This document shows positions 41,744 to 54,030 of a DNA stretch of 64,000 nt, in pieces. The stretch covers positions 211,514 through 275,513 of the forward strand of contig CAVRWQ010000012.1 of assembly GCA_963724955.1 (NCBI GenBank). The letters are read 5' to 3'. Source of the DNA: an uncultured Acidobacteriota bacterium. GTDB lineage: Bacteria > Acidobacteriota > Vicinamibacteria > Vicinamibacterales > SCN-69-37. The translations under genes were made by a program, and so were the position numbers. The notes under the pieces were generated by a model. It made no database searches. It was not told where the DNA came from and saw only the letters and a program-made list of their open reading frames with translations. Positions within the stretch are counted from its first letter, which is position 1. Every line of letters starts with the position of its first letter.

Positions 41744-42295
41744 ATGCCGCTGACTCCTGGACGCAGCTCGACGCGCGCGCGCGCGCCGGTCCGGCTGCTG
41801 CTGTTCGACGTGGACGGCGTCCTGACCGACGGCATCGGTGCGTCATCGCGAGCGACGGCCGCGAGGCGAAGTCGTTTTCGATCCGCGACGGCGCGGCGCT
41901 CGTGTGGGCGCAGCGCGAGGGACTCGAGGTCGGGCTCGCTGAGCGGCCGGCCGTCGGAGGCGACGACGCGCCGCGCGGCGGAGCTGGGCATCGACCTGGT
42001 CGTCCAGCGCGGCCCGGACAAGCGCGCGGCCGTTCGCGCAGATGCTCGCGGAACGCGAGCTGACGCGACCGATCAGGTCGGCGTACATGGGCGACGACCT
42101 GCTGGACCTGCCGGTGCTCGGCACGGGTCGGGCTCTCGGCGGCGCCGGCCGACGCGCGCCGACGAGGTCTCGTCGCGCGTGCACTGGGTCAGCCGCGCAG
42201 CCGGCGGCCGCGGCGCGGTCCGCGAGTTCATCGAGCTGGTCCTGCGGGCGCGCGGCGCGCTGGGACGCGCTCGTCGCGCAGCCGATCTGGACTAA
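41744..42295 (+). CDS. kdsC: KDO-8-phosphate phosphatase (HAD-IIIA); frame disruptions, 3' end uncertain
   Basis: LLLFDVDGVLTDG, KSFSIRDGAALVWAQREGLEVG, YMGDDLLDLPVL, GGRGAVREFIELVLRARG. Confidence 0.75.
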   Translation: MPLTPGRSSTRARAPVRLLLFDVDGVLTDGIGASSRATAARRSRFRSATARRSCGRSARDSRSGSLSGRPSEATTRRAAELGIDLVVQRGPDKRAAVRADARGTRADATDQVGVHGRRPAGPAGARHGSGSRRRRPTRADEVSSRVHWVSRAAGGRGAVREFIELVLRARGALGRARRAADLD

Positions 42296-42297
42296 GC

Positions 42298-43543
42298 GTG
42301 CAGGACTACGGACGTCCTCGTCGGCGTGCTGCGTCGCCCTGCTCGTCGGCCTCGCCGCCGGCAAGGCGTGGGAGCGCTACAAGCTCGTCGAGGGCCGCTG
42401 GATCGATCGCCGGCGCGTGCCGGCAGTCGCCGCACTTCATCCTCGGCCTGAACTACCTCGTCGCCGGCCAGGTCGATCTCGCGATCGAGGAACTGGAGAA
42501 GGCGGCGCGGCTCGATCCCGGCGCGCTCGAGCTGCGGCTCGTGCTCGGCAACCTGTATCGCGAGAAGGGCCAGGTCGGCCGCGCGATTCAGGAGCATCAG
42601 GCGCTGCTGCAGCGGCCGCGGCTGAACCGGCTCGAGCACGCGAACGTGCTGCTCTGCCTCGGCCTCGACTACCGCCGCGGCGGATTCGTCGACCGCGCCG
42701 TCGCGGCGTTCACGGACGTCCTGAAGCTCGATCCGGACAACGAGGCCGCGCTCGTCAACCTGGAGAAGCTGCAGGAAGACCAGCACCAGTGGCAGGAGGC
42801 CTACGTCACGCGGCAGCGCCTCGCGCAGATCGCCGGCCCGCCCGACCAGCCGAAGTCGCAGTCGATCCTGGCGTTCCTCGAGAACGAGCTGGGCCTGCAG
42901 GCGCTCAAGGAAGGCCGCCTCGACGAGGCGGCCCGGCGCTTCGAGGCGGCGATCGATCTGGATCGGCGGCGTCATCCCGGCCTATCTGCACCTGGGCGAC
43001 GTGCGCCTGCAGCAGGGCGACCTGCCGCGGCGCGATCGCGATCTGGGAGCGGTCGATCGACGTGTCGCCGGATCGCGCGTACCTGGCGCTCGACCGGCTC
43101 GAGCGGGCGTACGCGGAGACGCGGCGCCGAGCCGCGCTTCGCCGATCTCTGCCGGCGGCTCACCGCCGGCGTCGCCGCGCGAGTGGCGGGCGCGCGCGGC
43201 GCTCGCCCGCCACCTGACCGGCGCAGGGCCAGCCCGCGCGAGGCGCTCGAGCTGCTGTTCGACGCGCTCGAGCACAACCCGCACGCGCTGGCGATTCATC
43301 AGGCGATCTGGAACACGCTGTCGCTGCTCGACCTGCCGCAGGCCGCTCGTCGCGCGCTACATCGAGATCACGCGGCAGTCGGTCTTCTACCTCGATCCGC
43401 ACGTCTGCGTGCGCTGCCGGTACCGCAGCACCGAGCTGCTCTGGCAGTGCCCGCACTGCCACGAGTGGAACACGTTCGTCGAGGAGCGAATCACGCCGGC
43501 CACCGACACCGAAGCCGAGATCCCGGCAGGCCTCGCCCAGTAG
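42298..43543 (+). CDS. lapB: LapB/YciM-like LPS assembly regulator (TPR repeats plus C-terminal rubredoxin-type zinc finger); frame disruptions
   Basis: N-terminal TM (ALLVGLAAGKAWERYKL in a shifted frame). TPRs (LGNLYREKGQVGRAIQEHQALL...). C-terminus CVRCRYRSTELLWQCPHCHEWNTF. Confidence 0.75.
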
Positions 43544-43545
43544 CC

Positions 43546-44180
43546 GTGACGAGCCCGCTCGTGTCGCGTCGCGCTCACCGGCGGCATCGCCACCGGCAAG
43601 TCCCACTGCCTCGCGCGGTTCGCCGCGCTCGGCGCGCCGACGATCGACGCCGACGTCCTCGCCACGACAGGCGGTCGCGCCGGGCACGCCCGGCTTCGAC
43701 GCCGTCGTCGCGCGCTTCGGCGCCGGCGTCCTCACGGCCGGACGGCAGCCTCGACCGCGCGGCGCTGGCGCGCTCGTCTTCGCCGACGCCGGCGGCCCGC
43801 CGCGACCTCGAAGCCATCGTCCACCCGGCCGTCTACAGCGCGATCGAGCGCTGGTTCGAGAGCCTGAGTCCGCGGCGGACCAGCGCCGCGTCGCCATCGC
43901 CGACATCCCGCTGCTCTATCGAAACCGGCCGCGAGGACGACTTCGACCGTCGTCGTCGTCGCGGCCTGCCGGCCGGACGCAGCAGCTCGCGCGGCTGATG
44001 GCCCGCGACGGCCTCTCGGAAGAGCGACGCGCCGCGCCGGATCGCGGCCAGATGCCGCATCGCCGACAAGGCCGGCGCGCGCCGACTACGTCATCGACAC
44101 GTCGGACGGACACGATTCGACGGAGACCGGACGCGTGACAGGTCGACGCGAGCGTCTGGGCCGAAGCGTCGAGTCTGAGC
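43546..44180 (+). CDS. coaE: Dephospho-CoA kinase; frame disruptions, 3' end approximate
   Basis: Shifted frame gives RVALTGGIATGKSHCLARFAALGAPTIDADVLA and ...IVHPAVYSAIERWFE... Confidence 0.7.
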
Positions 44181-44193
44181 CGGCTGACCGCGC

Positions 44194-45133
44194 TCAGCGC
44201 GGCCGCGCGTCAGCGTGTTCTTGAGCAGCATCGCGATCGTCAGCGGCCCGACGCCGCCCGGGCACGGGCGTCAGCGCGCCGGCGACGTCGGCGACCGCGG
44301 GATGCACGTCGCCGACGATCGCCGAGCCCTTCTGCGTCGAAGTCGGCGAGCCGCGGGCTGTCGGCGCCGAAGAACTCCGACGACCTGCGTCGCGGTCGGT
44401 CGACGCGCGATTGATGCCGACGTCGACGACCGTCGCGCCCGGCTTGACGAACTCCGGCGTCACGAACGCCGGCCGGCCGATGGCGGCCACGAGGATGTCG
44501 GCCGTCGCGCGCGACCGCCGGCGAGATCCTGCGTCTTCGAATGACAGATCGTCACGGTCGCGTCGCGCTGCAGCAGCAGCAGCGCCATCGGCTTGCCGAC
44601 GATCTCGCTGCGGCCGATGACGACGGCGCGCCGGCCGGCGATCGGGATCCGCTCGCGCATCGAGCAGCTCGATGACGCCGGACGGCGTGCACGGCGCGAG
44701 CGATCGCGCCGGCCCTGCACGAGCAGGCCGACGTTGTGCGGATGAAAGCAGTCGACGTCCTTGGCCGGATCGATCGCGTCGAAGACCTGCTGCTGCGGCC
44801 GCCTTGCCCAGCGCCGCGCGGCAGCGGCGACTGCACGAGGATGCCGTCGCAGCCGTCGTCGGCGTTCAGCCGCCCGACGAGCGCGAGCAGCTCGTCGCGT
44901 CGGACGTCGTCGCGGGCAGCCGATGGACCGTCGACGGTCAGGCCCGCCTCGCGCGCCGGCGCGTTCCTTGTTGCGGACGTAGACCTGCGACGCCGGGATC
45001 GTCGCCGACGAGGACGATGTCGAGCGCCGGCGGACGGCCCGCTCGCGCCTGAAACGCCGCGACTTCTGGGATCGAGCTCCGGCGCGGATCGCCGCGGCCA
45101 GCTGCCGCGCCATCGAGTCGTCGAGCGTGGCAT
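44194..45133 (-). CDS. folD: Methylenetetrahydrofolate dehydrogenase/cyclohydrolase; many frame disruptions, 3' end approximate
   Basis: [88 protein letters not shown]...ALTPVPG, in different frames. Confidence 0.85.
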
Positions 45134-45204
45134 CAGTGCTCAGTTACCGCAAACGAACGGGCCCGAGCGAAGGCTCGGCTCCCTGGGCCCGACGTCGAAC
45201 TGAG

Positions 45205-46709
45205 CTAGCTCGCGCTGTTGAGCTTGCTGTGCTTCATGCTGTAGCCGAAGTAGATGACCATGCCGATCGCCAGCCAGCCGACCAGCCGCAGCCAGTTCGT
45301 CCAGCCCAGGCCGTAGATCATCGCGCCGCACGTCGACGATGCCGAGAATCGCCACGACCGGCAGCGCCGGCACCGTGAAGCCGCGCGGGATGTCCGGCCG
45401 CCGGACGCGCATGATCCAGACGCCGGCGCAGACCAGGATGAAGGCGAACAGCGTCCCGATGCTCGTCATCTCGCCGACGATGTCGTCCGGGAAGAACGCC
45501 GCGAACACCGCCGTGAAGACGAAGAACAGCCAGTTCGACTTGTACGGGGTCTTGTAACTCGGATGCACTTCCGAGAAGACCTTCGGCACCAGGCCGTCGC
45601 GGCTCATCGAGTAGAACACGCGGGACTGGCCGAGCAGCATGACCAGGATGACCGACGAGAAGCCGGCCAGAATCGCCACGGTCACGAAGTTCGACAGCCA
45701 GGCGTAGCCGGGCATGTAGTTCGTGATCGCAGCCGCGACCGACGCCTCGCCGCCGAGCGCCGGATCGCGGAAGAACTCGACCGGCGCCAGACCGCTCAGC
45801 ACGCACGCGAACAGGACGTAGAGGACCGTGCAGATGACGAGCGATCCGAGGATGCCGATCGGCATGTCCCGCTTCGGGTTCTTCGCTTCCTGCGCGGCGG
45901 TCGAGACCGCGTCGAACCCGATGTAGGCGAAGAAGACGACGCCCGCCGCGCCGAGGATGCCCATGATGCCGCCGTAGGCGTGCGTGATGCCCTCAGCTGT
46001 TCGTGTAGCGTGCGTCGCCTCGGGAATGAACGGCGTGTGGTTCGCCGGATCGATGAAGCCCCAGCCGAGCGCGATCACCATCAGCACGATCGACGACCTT
46101 GAGGACGACGATCAGGCTGTTGACGAGCGCCGATTGCTGCGTGCCGCGGATCAGCAGCAGCGAGAGCAGGAGCAGGATGCCGACGGCCGGCACGTTCATG
46201 ATGCCCGTGCACGGCCGCCGTCGCCCCGTGCCCGGCATGACCTGGAAGGGCGAGTGGTACCACTGCCACGGTATGTCCCACCCGAAGAACCCGAGGACCC
46301 GGTTGAAGTACTCGGCTCCAGGCGATGGCGACCGTCGCGGCGCCGACCGCGTACTCGAGCACGAGGTCCCAGCCGATGATCCACGCCACGAGCTCGCCCA
46401 TCGTCGCGTAGGAGTAGGTGTAGGCGCTGCCGGCGATCGGAATCATCGACGCGAACTCGGCGTAGCAGAGTCCGGCGAACGCGCAGCCGATGCCGGCGAC
46501 GAGGAACGCGAGCGTCACCGACGGGCCCGCGCGATCCGCGATGGCGGCCGCCGTGCGGACGAAGAGGCCCGCGCCGATGATGGCGCCGATGCCCGAGCGC
46601 GACGAGCGACCACGGGCCCAGCGTCCGCTTCAGCGCGCCCTCGCCCGTCGCCGCGCCGTCGGCCATGCAGGCGGTCGATCGACTTCGTTCGAAACAATGC
46701 ACCAGCCAC
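45205..46709 (-). CDS. APC-family amino acid permease; several frame disruptions
   Basis: GTG start after GGGAGGG (VAGALFRTKSIDRL...). LKRTLGPWSLVALG, AGLCYAEFASMIPIAGSAYTYSYATMGELVAWIIGWDL, FAYIGFDAVSTAAQEAKNPKRDMP. The end ...YSMKHSKLNSAS-stop (TAG 45205-45207) was read by eye. Confidence 0.8.
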
Positions 46710-46784
46710 TATGTCCCTCCCTTCTCTTCGACTTTCGACTGTCGATGGTCGATGTCCGCAGGCCGCCGGCAAAAAGCGCCGCGA

Positions 46785-47445
46785 TTATATCGTCAGTCGC
46801 AGCGCTTTCAGGTACTGACGGCAGCGCGTGCGCCGGATCGCCGGCGAGCAGGTCGGAGATCACCGCGACCGCGTCGGCGCCCGCCTCGATCACCTGCCGG
46901 CGCACGGTCGAGCGTGATGCCGCCGATCGCCACGAGCGGCCGCCCGGCGTGCGCGCCAGCGTCGCGCGGCCGCGCGCGCACGCCGGCCAGGCCGACGACC
47001 GGATCGGGATCGCGTCCTTGCTGCCGGTCGCGAACACGGGACCGATGGCCAGGTAGTCGACCGGCTCGTCGCAGGCCGCGCTCGACCTGCGCGTCGGTGT
47101 GCGTCGAGAGGCCGACGACGGCGTCGGCGCCGACGAGCGCGCGCGACGTCATCGCCGGCGGCAGATCGTCCTGGCCGACGTGCACGCCGTCGCGCGCCGG
47201 CCAGCCGCGCGACGTCGGCGCGGTCGTTGACGATGAACGTCGCGCCGGCCTCGCGGCAGCGCCGCCGCCATCGGCGTCGGCCAGCTCGAGCAACGGCCCG
47301 CTCGGCGAGCGTCTTCGCGCGCAGCTGGACCAGGCGGACGCCGGCGTCGAGCCAGGCGTCGAGCAGACTCGCAGCGGGATCGAGCGCCGCGCGCCGCGCA
47401 GCGTCGACGTCGAGAATGGCGTAGAGCCGTGGAAGCGGACGCGCG
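46785..47445 (-). CDS. thiE: Thiamine-phosphate synthase; frame disruptions, both ends uncertain
   Basis: [11 protein letters not shown]..., [58 protein letters not shown], in several frames. Confidence 0.6.
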
Positions 47446-47465
47446 ATGCCGGACCGCGCTGACTC

Positions 47466-48849
47466 TCAGGCGGACTCGGCCAGCTTGCCGCGGCCTTCTT
47501 CTTCGCTCCGGCATGAACCGCTCCATGAAGCTCGTGCTGAGCCGGCCGGCGATGAAGTCCGGGTCGGCCAGGATCTTGAGGTGCAGCGGGATCGACGTCT
47601 TGATGCCGTCGACGACGGTCATCTCGAGCGTGCGGCGCATGCGCGCGATCGCCTCGCGCCGGTCGCGGCCGTAGGTGATGATCTTGGCGATGAGCGAGTC
47701 GTAGTACGGCGAGACCGTGCACTCGGAGTGCGCGTAGGAGTCGACGCGCACGCCGGGTCCGCCCGGCACGCTGAACGCGTGAATCACGCCCGGGACTCGG
47801 CGACGAACGTCTCCGGATCCTCGGCGTTGATCCGGCACTCGATCGCATGGCCCCGGAACTCGATGTCGCTCTGCTTGAACGACAGCCGCCGGCCGGCCGC
47901 GATCCGGATCTGTTCCTTGACGATGTCGATGCCGGTGATGAACTCGGTGACCGGGATGCTCGACCTGGAGCCGGGTGTTCGCTTCGAGGAAGTAGAAGTG
48001 CCCGGCCGGGTCCATCAGGAACTCGAACGTGCCGGCGTTCGTGTACTGCACGGCGCGCGCGGCGTCGACGACGGTGGCGCCGAGCCGGCGGCGCTGCTTC
48101 TCGGTGAGCGCCACCGACGGCGCTTCCTCGATGAGCTTCTGATGGCGGCGCTGAATCGAGCACTCGCGCTCGCCCAGGTGAACGACGTTGCCGTGATGAT
48201 CGCCGAGCACCTGGATCTCGATGTGCCGCGGCGACTCGACGTACTTCTCGAGGTAGACGTCGCCGACGCCGAACGCCGCCTCGGCCTCGCGCGTCGCGGT
48301 CTTGAGCGACTTCGGCGAGCTCGTCGGCGCGACCGGACGACGCGCATGCCGCGGCCGCCGCCGCCGGCGACGGCCTTGATGATGACCGGATAGCCGAGCT
48401 CCTTGGCGACCTTGATCGCCTGCGTCCTCGCCCTGCACCGGCCCGTCGCTGCCCGGCAGCACGGGCACGCCGGCCTTCTTCATCGCGCGGCGCGCGCGGG
48501 CCTTGTCGCCCATCAGCCGGATGACGTTCGGATACGGCCCGATGAACTTGATGTGGCAGGCCTCGCAGACCTCGGCGAGGTAGGCGCTCTCGGACAGGAA
48601 CCCGTAGCCGGGATGAATCGCGTCGGCGCCGGTGATCTCGGCGGCGCTGATGATCGCCGGCACGTTCAGATAGCTGTCGAGGCTCCGCGCCGGGCCGATG
48701 CAGACGTCCTCGTCGGCGAACCGGACGTGCAGCGAGTGCTCGTCGGCCTCCGAGTAGACGGCGACGGTCTTGATGCCGAGCTCGCGGCACGCGCAGATGA
48801 CGCGCAGCGCGATTTCGCCGCGATTGGCGATCAGGATCTTGTTGAACAT
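47466..48849 (-). CDS. accC: Acetyl-CoA carboxylase biotin carboxylase subunit; several frame disruptions
   Basis: [36 protein letters not shown]..., [58 protein letters not shown]. Confidence 0.9.
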
Positions 48850-48869
48850 CGACTCGGCTGCTGCCACCT

Positions 48870-49344
48870 TCACCGGCGAACAGCCGGTCGCCGAACTGCA
48901 CCGGCTGGCCGTTCTCGACGTAGACCGCGGTGATCTCGCCGTCGGTGTCGCTCTCGATCTCGTTCATGAGCTTCATCGCTTCGATGATGCAGAGCACCTG
49001 CCCCTTCTTGACCAGGTCGCCGACCTCGACGAAGTCGGCGCGCCGGGCTCGGGCGCGCGATAGAACGTGCCGACGATCGGCGACTTGATGACCGCGAGGT
49101 CGACGCTCGGCGGCGCTCGTCGGCCGCCGGCGCGGCCGGCCACGGCGCCGGCGGCGCTGGCCGCGGCGCGACCGGCGCCGGCGCTGCGGCGACGATGGGC
49201 ACCGGCGACGCCGGCGGCACGATGCTCACGTCGCGACCCGGCCTTGCGGACGCGGACCTTGAGGCCGTCGCGCTCGAGCTCGAACTCCGCCAGGTCGTGC
49301 TCGCGAACGAGGTCCAGGATCTGTTTGATGTCGTCGAGATTCAT
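48870..49344 (-). CDS. accB: Biotin carboxyl carrier protein; frame disruptions, stop uncertain
   Basis: [32 protein letters not shown], a Pro/Ala linker, [32 protein letters not shown] (biotinyl-Lys motif). Confidence 0.8.
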
Positions 49345-49348
49345 ACGG

Positions 49349-50474
49349 TCAGACGACCAGCAGGTCGCGCGGCGCGTCCGTCAGCACCTCGCACCCCCCG
49401 GCCGTCACGAGCACGTCGTCCTCCAGCCGCACACCGCCAAGTCCTTCGACGTACGCGCCCGGTTCGATCGTGCAGACCATCCCGGCCTCGAGCCGGTGCC
49501 GCTGCGTCCGGATCCGTCGCCGCGCGATCCGCGGCGCTCTCGTGCACTTCCAGCCCGAGCCCGTGACCGGTCGCGTGGAGGAACGCCTCGCCGAAGTCCG
49601 CGGGCCTCGAGGACCTGACGCGCCGCCGCATCGACGTCCGGACGCGAGGACGCCTGCGCCGCACGGCCGCGAGCGCGGCCGCCTGCGCCTCCCGGACGGC
49701 ATCGAACAGCGCCCGGGCTTCTGCCCTGACCTGCCCGACGGCAGCCATCCGGGTCAAGTCGACGCAGTATCCGTCTAACACCCCGCCGAAGTCCAGCACG
49801 ACCAGGTCGCCGCTCCGAAAGGCGCCGATCGGTCGGACGGGCGTGCGGGATGCGCGCTGTTCGGGCCCCGACGCGACGATCGTCGGGAACGCCGGTGCCG
49901 AGAACCCCGCGCGCTCGAGCGCCGCGTCGATGGCCCGGGCCACTTCCCGTTCCGTGCGTCCCTCGGCGACCCAGTCACCGAGCCGGCGCGCGACATCCGA
50001 CAGCGCCTGGCCGGCGCGCCGCAGCACCGCGACCTCTCCAGGATCCTTGATCGCGCGGCGCGCGCTCACGAGGCCCTCGGTCGCCGTCCAGGTGACCTGC
50101 TTCGCCGCCCGCTGCCACTGGCCCAGCGTCGCGACGCTGACGTCTTCGGCCTCGAATCCCACGTTCCGGACCGCCAGGCGGTCCAGGACCTCAGCCAATG
50201 ACTGATCGTATCGGCGGGTCACTCCCACGACATGAACCGGACCCAGCCGCGCATCGGCCAGCCCCTGGTACGCGGCGGCGACGTACCGGCCGTCGACCAG
50301 GAGCGAGGCTTCCCCGCCGGCATCGACGAGCAGGCCGGCGGATCCCGTGAATCCCGTGAGGTACGTCAGATTGTGCGGGGTTGAGACGACGAAGCCGTCG
50401 AGTTTCAGCTTGCCGTAATCCTCGCGAAGTCTTTCGAGCCGTCCGGACCAGTCCGGACGGAGCGTCTGGCTCAT
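49349..50474 (-). CDS. Xaa-Pro aminopeptidase (M24 family); frame disruptions in the C-half
   Basis: N-terminal creatinase-like domain intact. [15 protein letters not shown] and [26 protein letters not shown] lie in shifted frames. The start ATG overlaps the upstream stop. Confidence 0.8.
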
Positions 50475-52238
50475 GCCCTGGATTCTGACATCAGGGTCAA
50501 CCTGCGGTTCTCGACCTGACGAAGGAATCGCTCGAGCGCGAGGAGAGACGGCGGCACCGGCGGCGGCGCCTGGATCACTTCGGGCTCGACCTCCGGAAGC
50601 GACGCAAGAAGATCGATCAGCGGGAAATCGCGCTTCACTTCCTCGAAGCCATCGAGGACGTCGCTGCCGGCGAGGTCATCCGGATCGACGGGCGCGGGGA
50701 AATCGTCGATCGTCGGATTCGTGAGCTCGAGGACCGGACCGGCCGGCACGTCTTCGACGATCGCATCGAGCAGCAACACCTCGTAGAAGTCGTTCCGGTT
50801 CCAACTGAGTCCGCGCGCGACGGCCGCCAGCTCTTCCTCGTCATCTTCGACCGGCAACGGGAAGTCTTCCGGCGTCGGATTCGTCAGTTCGAAGACTGGT
50901 CCGCTCGGGATGTCCGGCTCGGCCGCAAGATCGACCACGGGTTCCGGCGCCAGCGCCACTGGCGCGGGATCGAGGGAGTTGACCTCCGCGATGATGGCAT
51001 TCAGATCGAGTGCGTCGGGAGCGCCAGGTCCGAAAAGCGGCTCCGACAACTCGTTGAGCTCCGCGGGCCTGGCCTGAGCCGCGTCGAAGGCCTCCGCGCC
51101 TCCAAGATCCTTGGCGATGTCGTCGAGGCTCAGAGCGGATGCGTCGGCGAGATCGACCACCGGAGGCGTAATCGTGTCTTCGATCGGCGCGAGGTCACGG
51201 ATTGCGGCTTCGAGATCGGGGGCGGAGACTGGATCGGTTCCGGGGTTCCGGGTTCCGGGGTTCCGAGGTTCGCGAGCTGCGCGGGTTCCGGGGTTCTCAC
51301 GTCGGCGGGAGCCTGCGCCAGCGGCGCGACGGGCGGCGCCATCGGTGCCTGCGCTACGGGCGCGGCGGGCGGCGTGATGGGAGTCTGTGCCACCGGCAGC
51401 GGCTCGACGACCTCCGCGGCGTTCACCGGCGGGGCCTTGGGCGTGTCCGGAATCTCAACGTTTACAAGATCCGCGACATCGAAGGTCTTCGGCCCGCCCT
51501 TCAGACTGACCGGAGCGGCGCGAGCCGGCTCCGGTGCGTGACGATGTCGGGTAGTGGCGCGACCGCGAGCGGCGCTTCGGCCACGACGGGCGCTTTCCCT
51601 ACCTGCTCGCGGTGCTCGCGCCGCCTGCTTCTCGCCGACGCCCGCTTGCCCGCCTTGCCCTTCCTCGCGGGCTTCTGCATCTCCGGCGGAGGCGGCGCCT
51701 CGACAGGCTCGGCGGTCACGGTTGCCGGCACAGCCGCGAGGAACTCCGCGAGGTCCGGTTCCGGTTCCTGAGCGAGCTCAACGGAGTCCGCGGCCCGCAT
51801 CGGCTCGGCGGCCGCCGGCGGCGGGTCCAGGACGAGATCGAGGGAGTCGTTTGCTGCCGCGCCCGGCTCGAGCGCGTCAATCGTTTCGGCGTCGGGCGGC
51901 CACTGCCCCGGCCCGTCCATGGGCAGGAGCATCGTGTGCTCGGCGCGATCGTGCAGCTCAGCCAGGCCGCGAATCGCGGCGAGGTTGTCGGGGGCGCGCT
52001 TGAGCGCCTGTTCGAGCTCGACGCGCGCCTCGTCGTACTTGCCGAGGTCGAGCAGCGACCACCCGAGCGTCACTCGCGCCGACAGGTGATCCGGAAACCT
52101 CTTGAGCCCGTCGCGGCAGAGCGCGACCGCTCGATCCAGATCTCCTGCGCGCCGGAACCGCTCAGCGATCCCGCCGAAGGCTGGTGTCTCTTCGGCGGGA
52201 ACCTGGCGATTCCTGTTCAGCGTGATGCCCGCAGCCAT
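50471..52238 (-). CDS. TPR-repeat protein with a long Pro-rich/acidic C-terminal region (about 590 aa); 2 frame disruptions
   Basis: ORFs 51501..52238 (TPR: AVALCRDGLKRFPDHLSARVTLGWSLLDLGKYDEARVELEQALKRAPDN), 51130..51426 and 50471..51160 join into one protein after shifts near 51530 and 51230. Confidence 0.6.
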
Positions 52239-52273
52239 CCAAACGCCTGCTGTTCTCTGCGTCCGGCGCGTGA

Positions 52274-53284
52274 CTACGGCGTAATCGTCACCGTTCTCGT
52301 GACCGCGTTCTTCTGGCCGGCGCTATCCGTGACGACCAGGACGACGGTGTAGGTTCCGACCTGCGCATAGACGTGACTCGTGGTCATGCCGTGTCCGGTC
52401 GAGCCGTCGCCAAAGTCCCAATCGCAGGCCACGATCTCACGGCCGCCCGCGGCGGTCGAGAGCGAGGCGTTGAAGAGCACGTTGGTGATGCCCGCTCGCG
52501 CTGTGGCCGGGGACATCACGAAGTTCGCGGTCGGCAGCGTGTTGACCGAGACGCTCACGAGTTTGGGCGCTGACGTCACCGCGGTGCCCCGGTCGTCCGT
52601 GACGGTGAGCGTCACCGCGTAGCTGCCCGCGACCTCGTAGTCGTGCGTGGTCACCGCGCCGGATCCCGTTGACCCGTCGCCGAAGCTCCAGAACCAGGAC
52701 ACGATCTTCCCGTCGTCCCTGGACGAGCTGCCGTCGAAGGTCACGTCTTCATGATCCCTCGGCGTCGTCGGCGAGAAGAAGAAGAGCGGCTCCGGCGAGC
52801 CGTTCGGGAGGGGGTTCACGGGCCGCGCCAGGCGCAGCGACACCGAGCGCGACAGCGAATTCGCGGCGTTGCCCGGATAGACCTGGTTGGTCGCAATGGG
52901 CGTGACCTTGAATTCGATGATGGTGTCGCTCGGCGCGGTCGGCGGCGGAGGCGGCGGCGCCAGGAACGTCGCGGACGCGCGGCCGTCGTTGTTGGTCGCG
53001 ACGGTGCGATTCGACAACGTGCCGACGTCGGCGAGAATCCCGTCAACGGACGTCTCGAGGCGCAGGTTCAGGCCGCGGACCGGCTGGCTGTTGGCGTCGC
53101 GCGCGGTGATACTGATCACCGCGGTGGACGTGCCATCCTGCGTGAGGATGTCAGGCGATGCCGAAATTTCCAGCGACAGCCCCAACTCGGAGGGGCCAGC
53201 CAGTGACGGCGCGCCCTGCCGGTCGAGTGTGCACCCGGCGAACGCCACAAGCGCCGCCAGAACGAAGATTCGTCGTGTCATCAC
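52274..53284 (-). CDS. Lipoprotein with two PKD domains
   Basis: Intact 336 aa. Lipobox LVAFAGC. Two WxFGDGS PKD signatures (WFWSFGDGSTGSG, CDWDFGDGSTGHG). Confidence 0.75.
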   Translation of the reverse strand: MMTRRIFVLAALVAFAGCTLDRQGAPSLAGPSELGLSLEISASPDILTQDGTSTAVISITARDANSQPVRGLNLRLETSVDGILADVGTLSNRTVATNNDGRASATFLAPPPPPPTAPSDTIIEFKVTPIATNQVYPGNAANSLSRSVSLRLARPVNPLPNGSPEPLFFFSPTTPRDHEDVTFDGSSSRDDGKIVSWFWSFGDGSTGSGAVTTHDYEVAGSYAVTLTVTDDRGTAVTSAPKLVSVSVNTLPTANFVMSPATARAGITNVLFNASLSTAAGGREIVACDWDFGDGSTGHGMTTSHVYAQVGTYTVVLVVTDSAGQKNAVTRTVTITP

Positions 53285-53332
53285 GTCAGCACCTCAAGTG
53301 ACAGCTATGCCCAACACCTATCGATTCCGACC

Positions 53333-54030
53333 CTATTCGCCGCCGCCGTTGCCGTTGCCGTTTCCGTTCTCTTCCTTCTTCGGATCGGCCCAGTCGGCGA
53401 AGTTCACGCTGATCGTTGCCACGGCACTGACCTCACGCCCGGCCTGGTCCCTGCCGTAGAACGTCACCTCGGCGATCGTCGAAATCGCGACGGCGCCGCC
53501 GAGCCCGCGCAACGCCATGAGCGGCGCCTCGAGCTTCGCCTGCACGCGCACGATCGGGAACGACGCCGATCCGCCGGACGCCGGCGCGGTGAACGTGAAC
53601 GCGCCGTCGAACTGGTACGGCACGTCGACGCCCTGCGTGTTGCGGCCGTCGGACCGCACGTACCTCACGTGATACCGGTTCACGGTAATCAGGTTGGTCG
53701 ACGACGGAATCGTCGGGCTGTCAACCGAGCCGGGATCCTTCAGACGGTGCGCATCGACACCTGTCCGAGGTCCTCGATGATGCCGCCGTTCGTCTGCACG
53801 TCGGACGGCAGATGGCCGCCGAACTTGTCGGGCTCGGCGCCCGAGGACGCCGACAGCCCATCGATTTGCAGATAGGAGGACGACCGGCCCGCCGTCTGCT
53901 GGCTGGTGCAGCTCGTGACGGTTGCCACCGTCGCCAGCGCGACACCCATGCGGACGGCGATCCGCCCGATTCCGGCGCGACGGGGGCGCCCGCTCTTCAC
54001 GACCTGGATCCGATCCGTATGCATGCTCAT
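53333..54030 (-). CDS. Hypothetical lipoprotein directly downstream of pilQ; one frameshift near 53740
   Basis: ATG overlaps the pilQ stop (ATGA). Lipobox ATVTSC. Continues as ...ITVNRYHVRYVRSDGRNTQG... and ends ...KKEENGNGNGNGGGE. No family recognised. Confidence 0.55.

Noticed and set aside
46808-48997. 729-aa ORF (and the 574-aa ORF 47149..48873) on the - strand
   Set aside because: They are composites of accB, accC and thiE segments joined by out-of-frame read-through. Only parts are protein-like.
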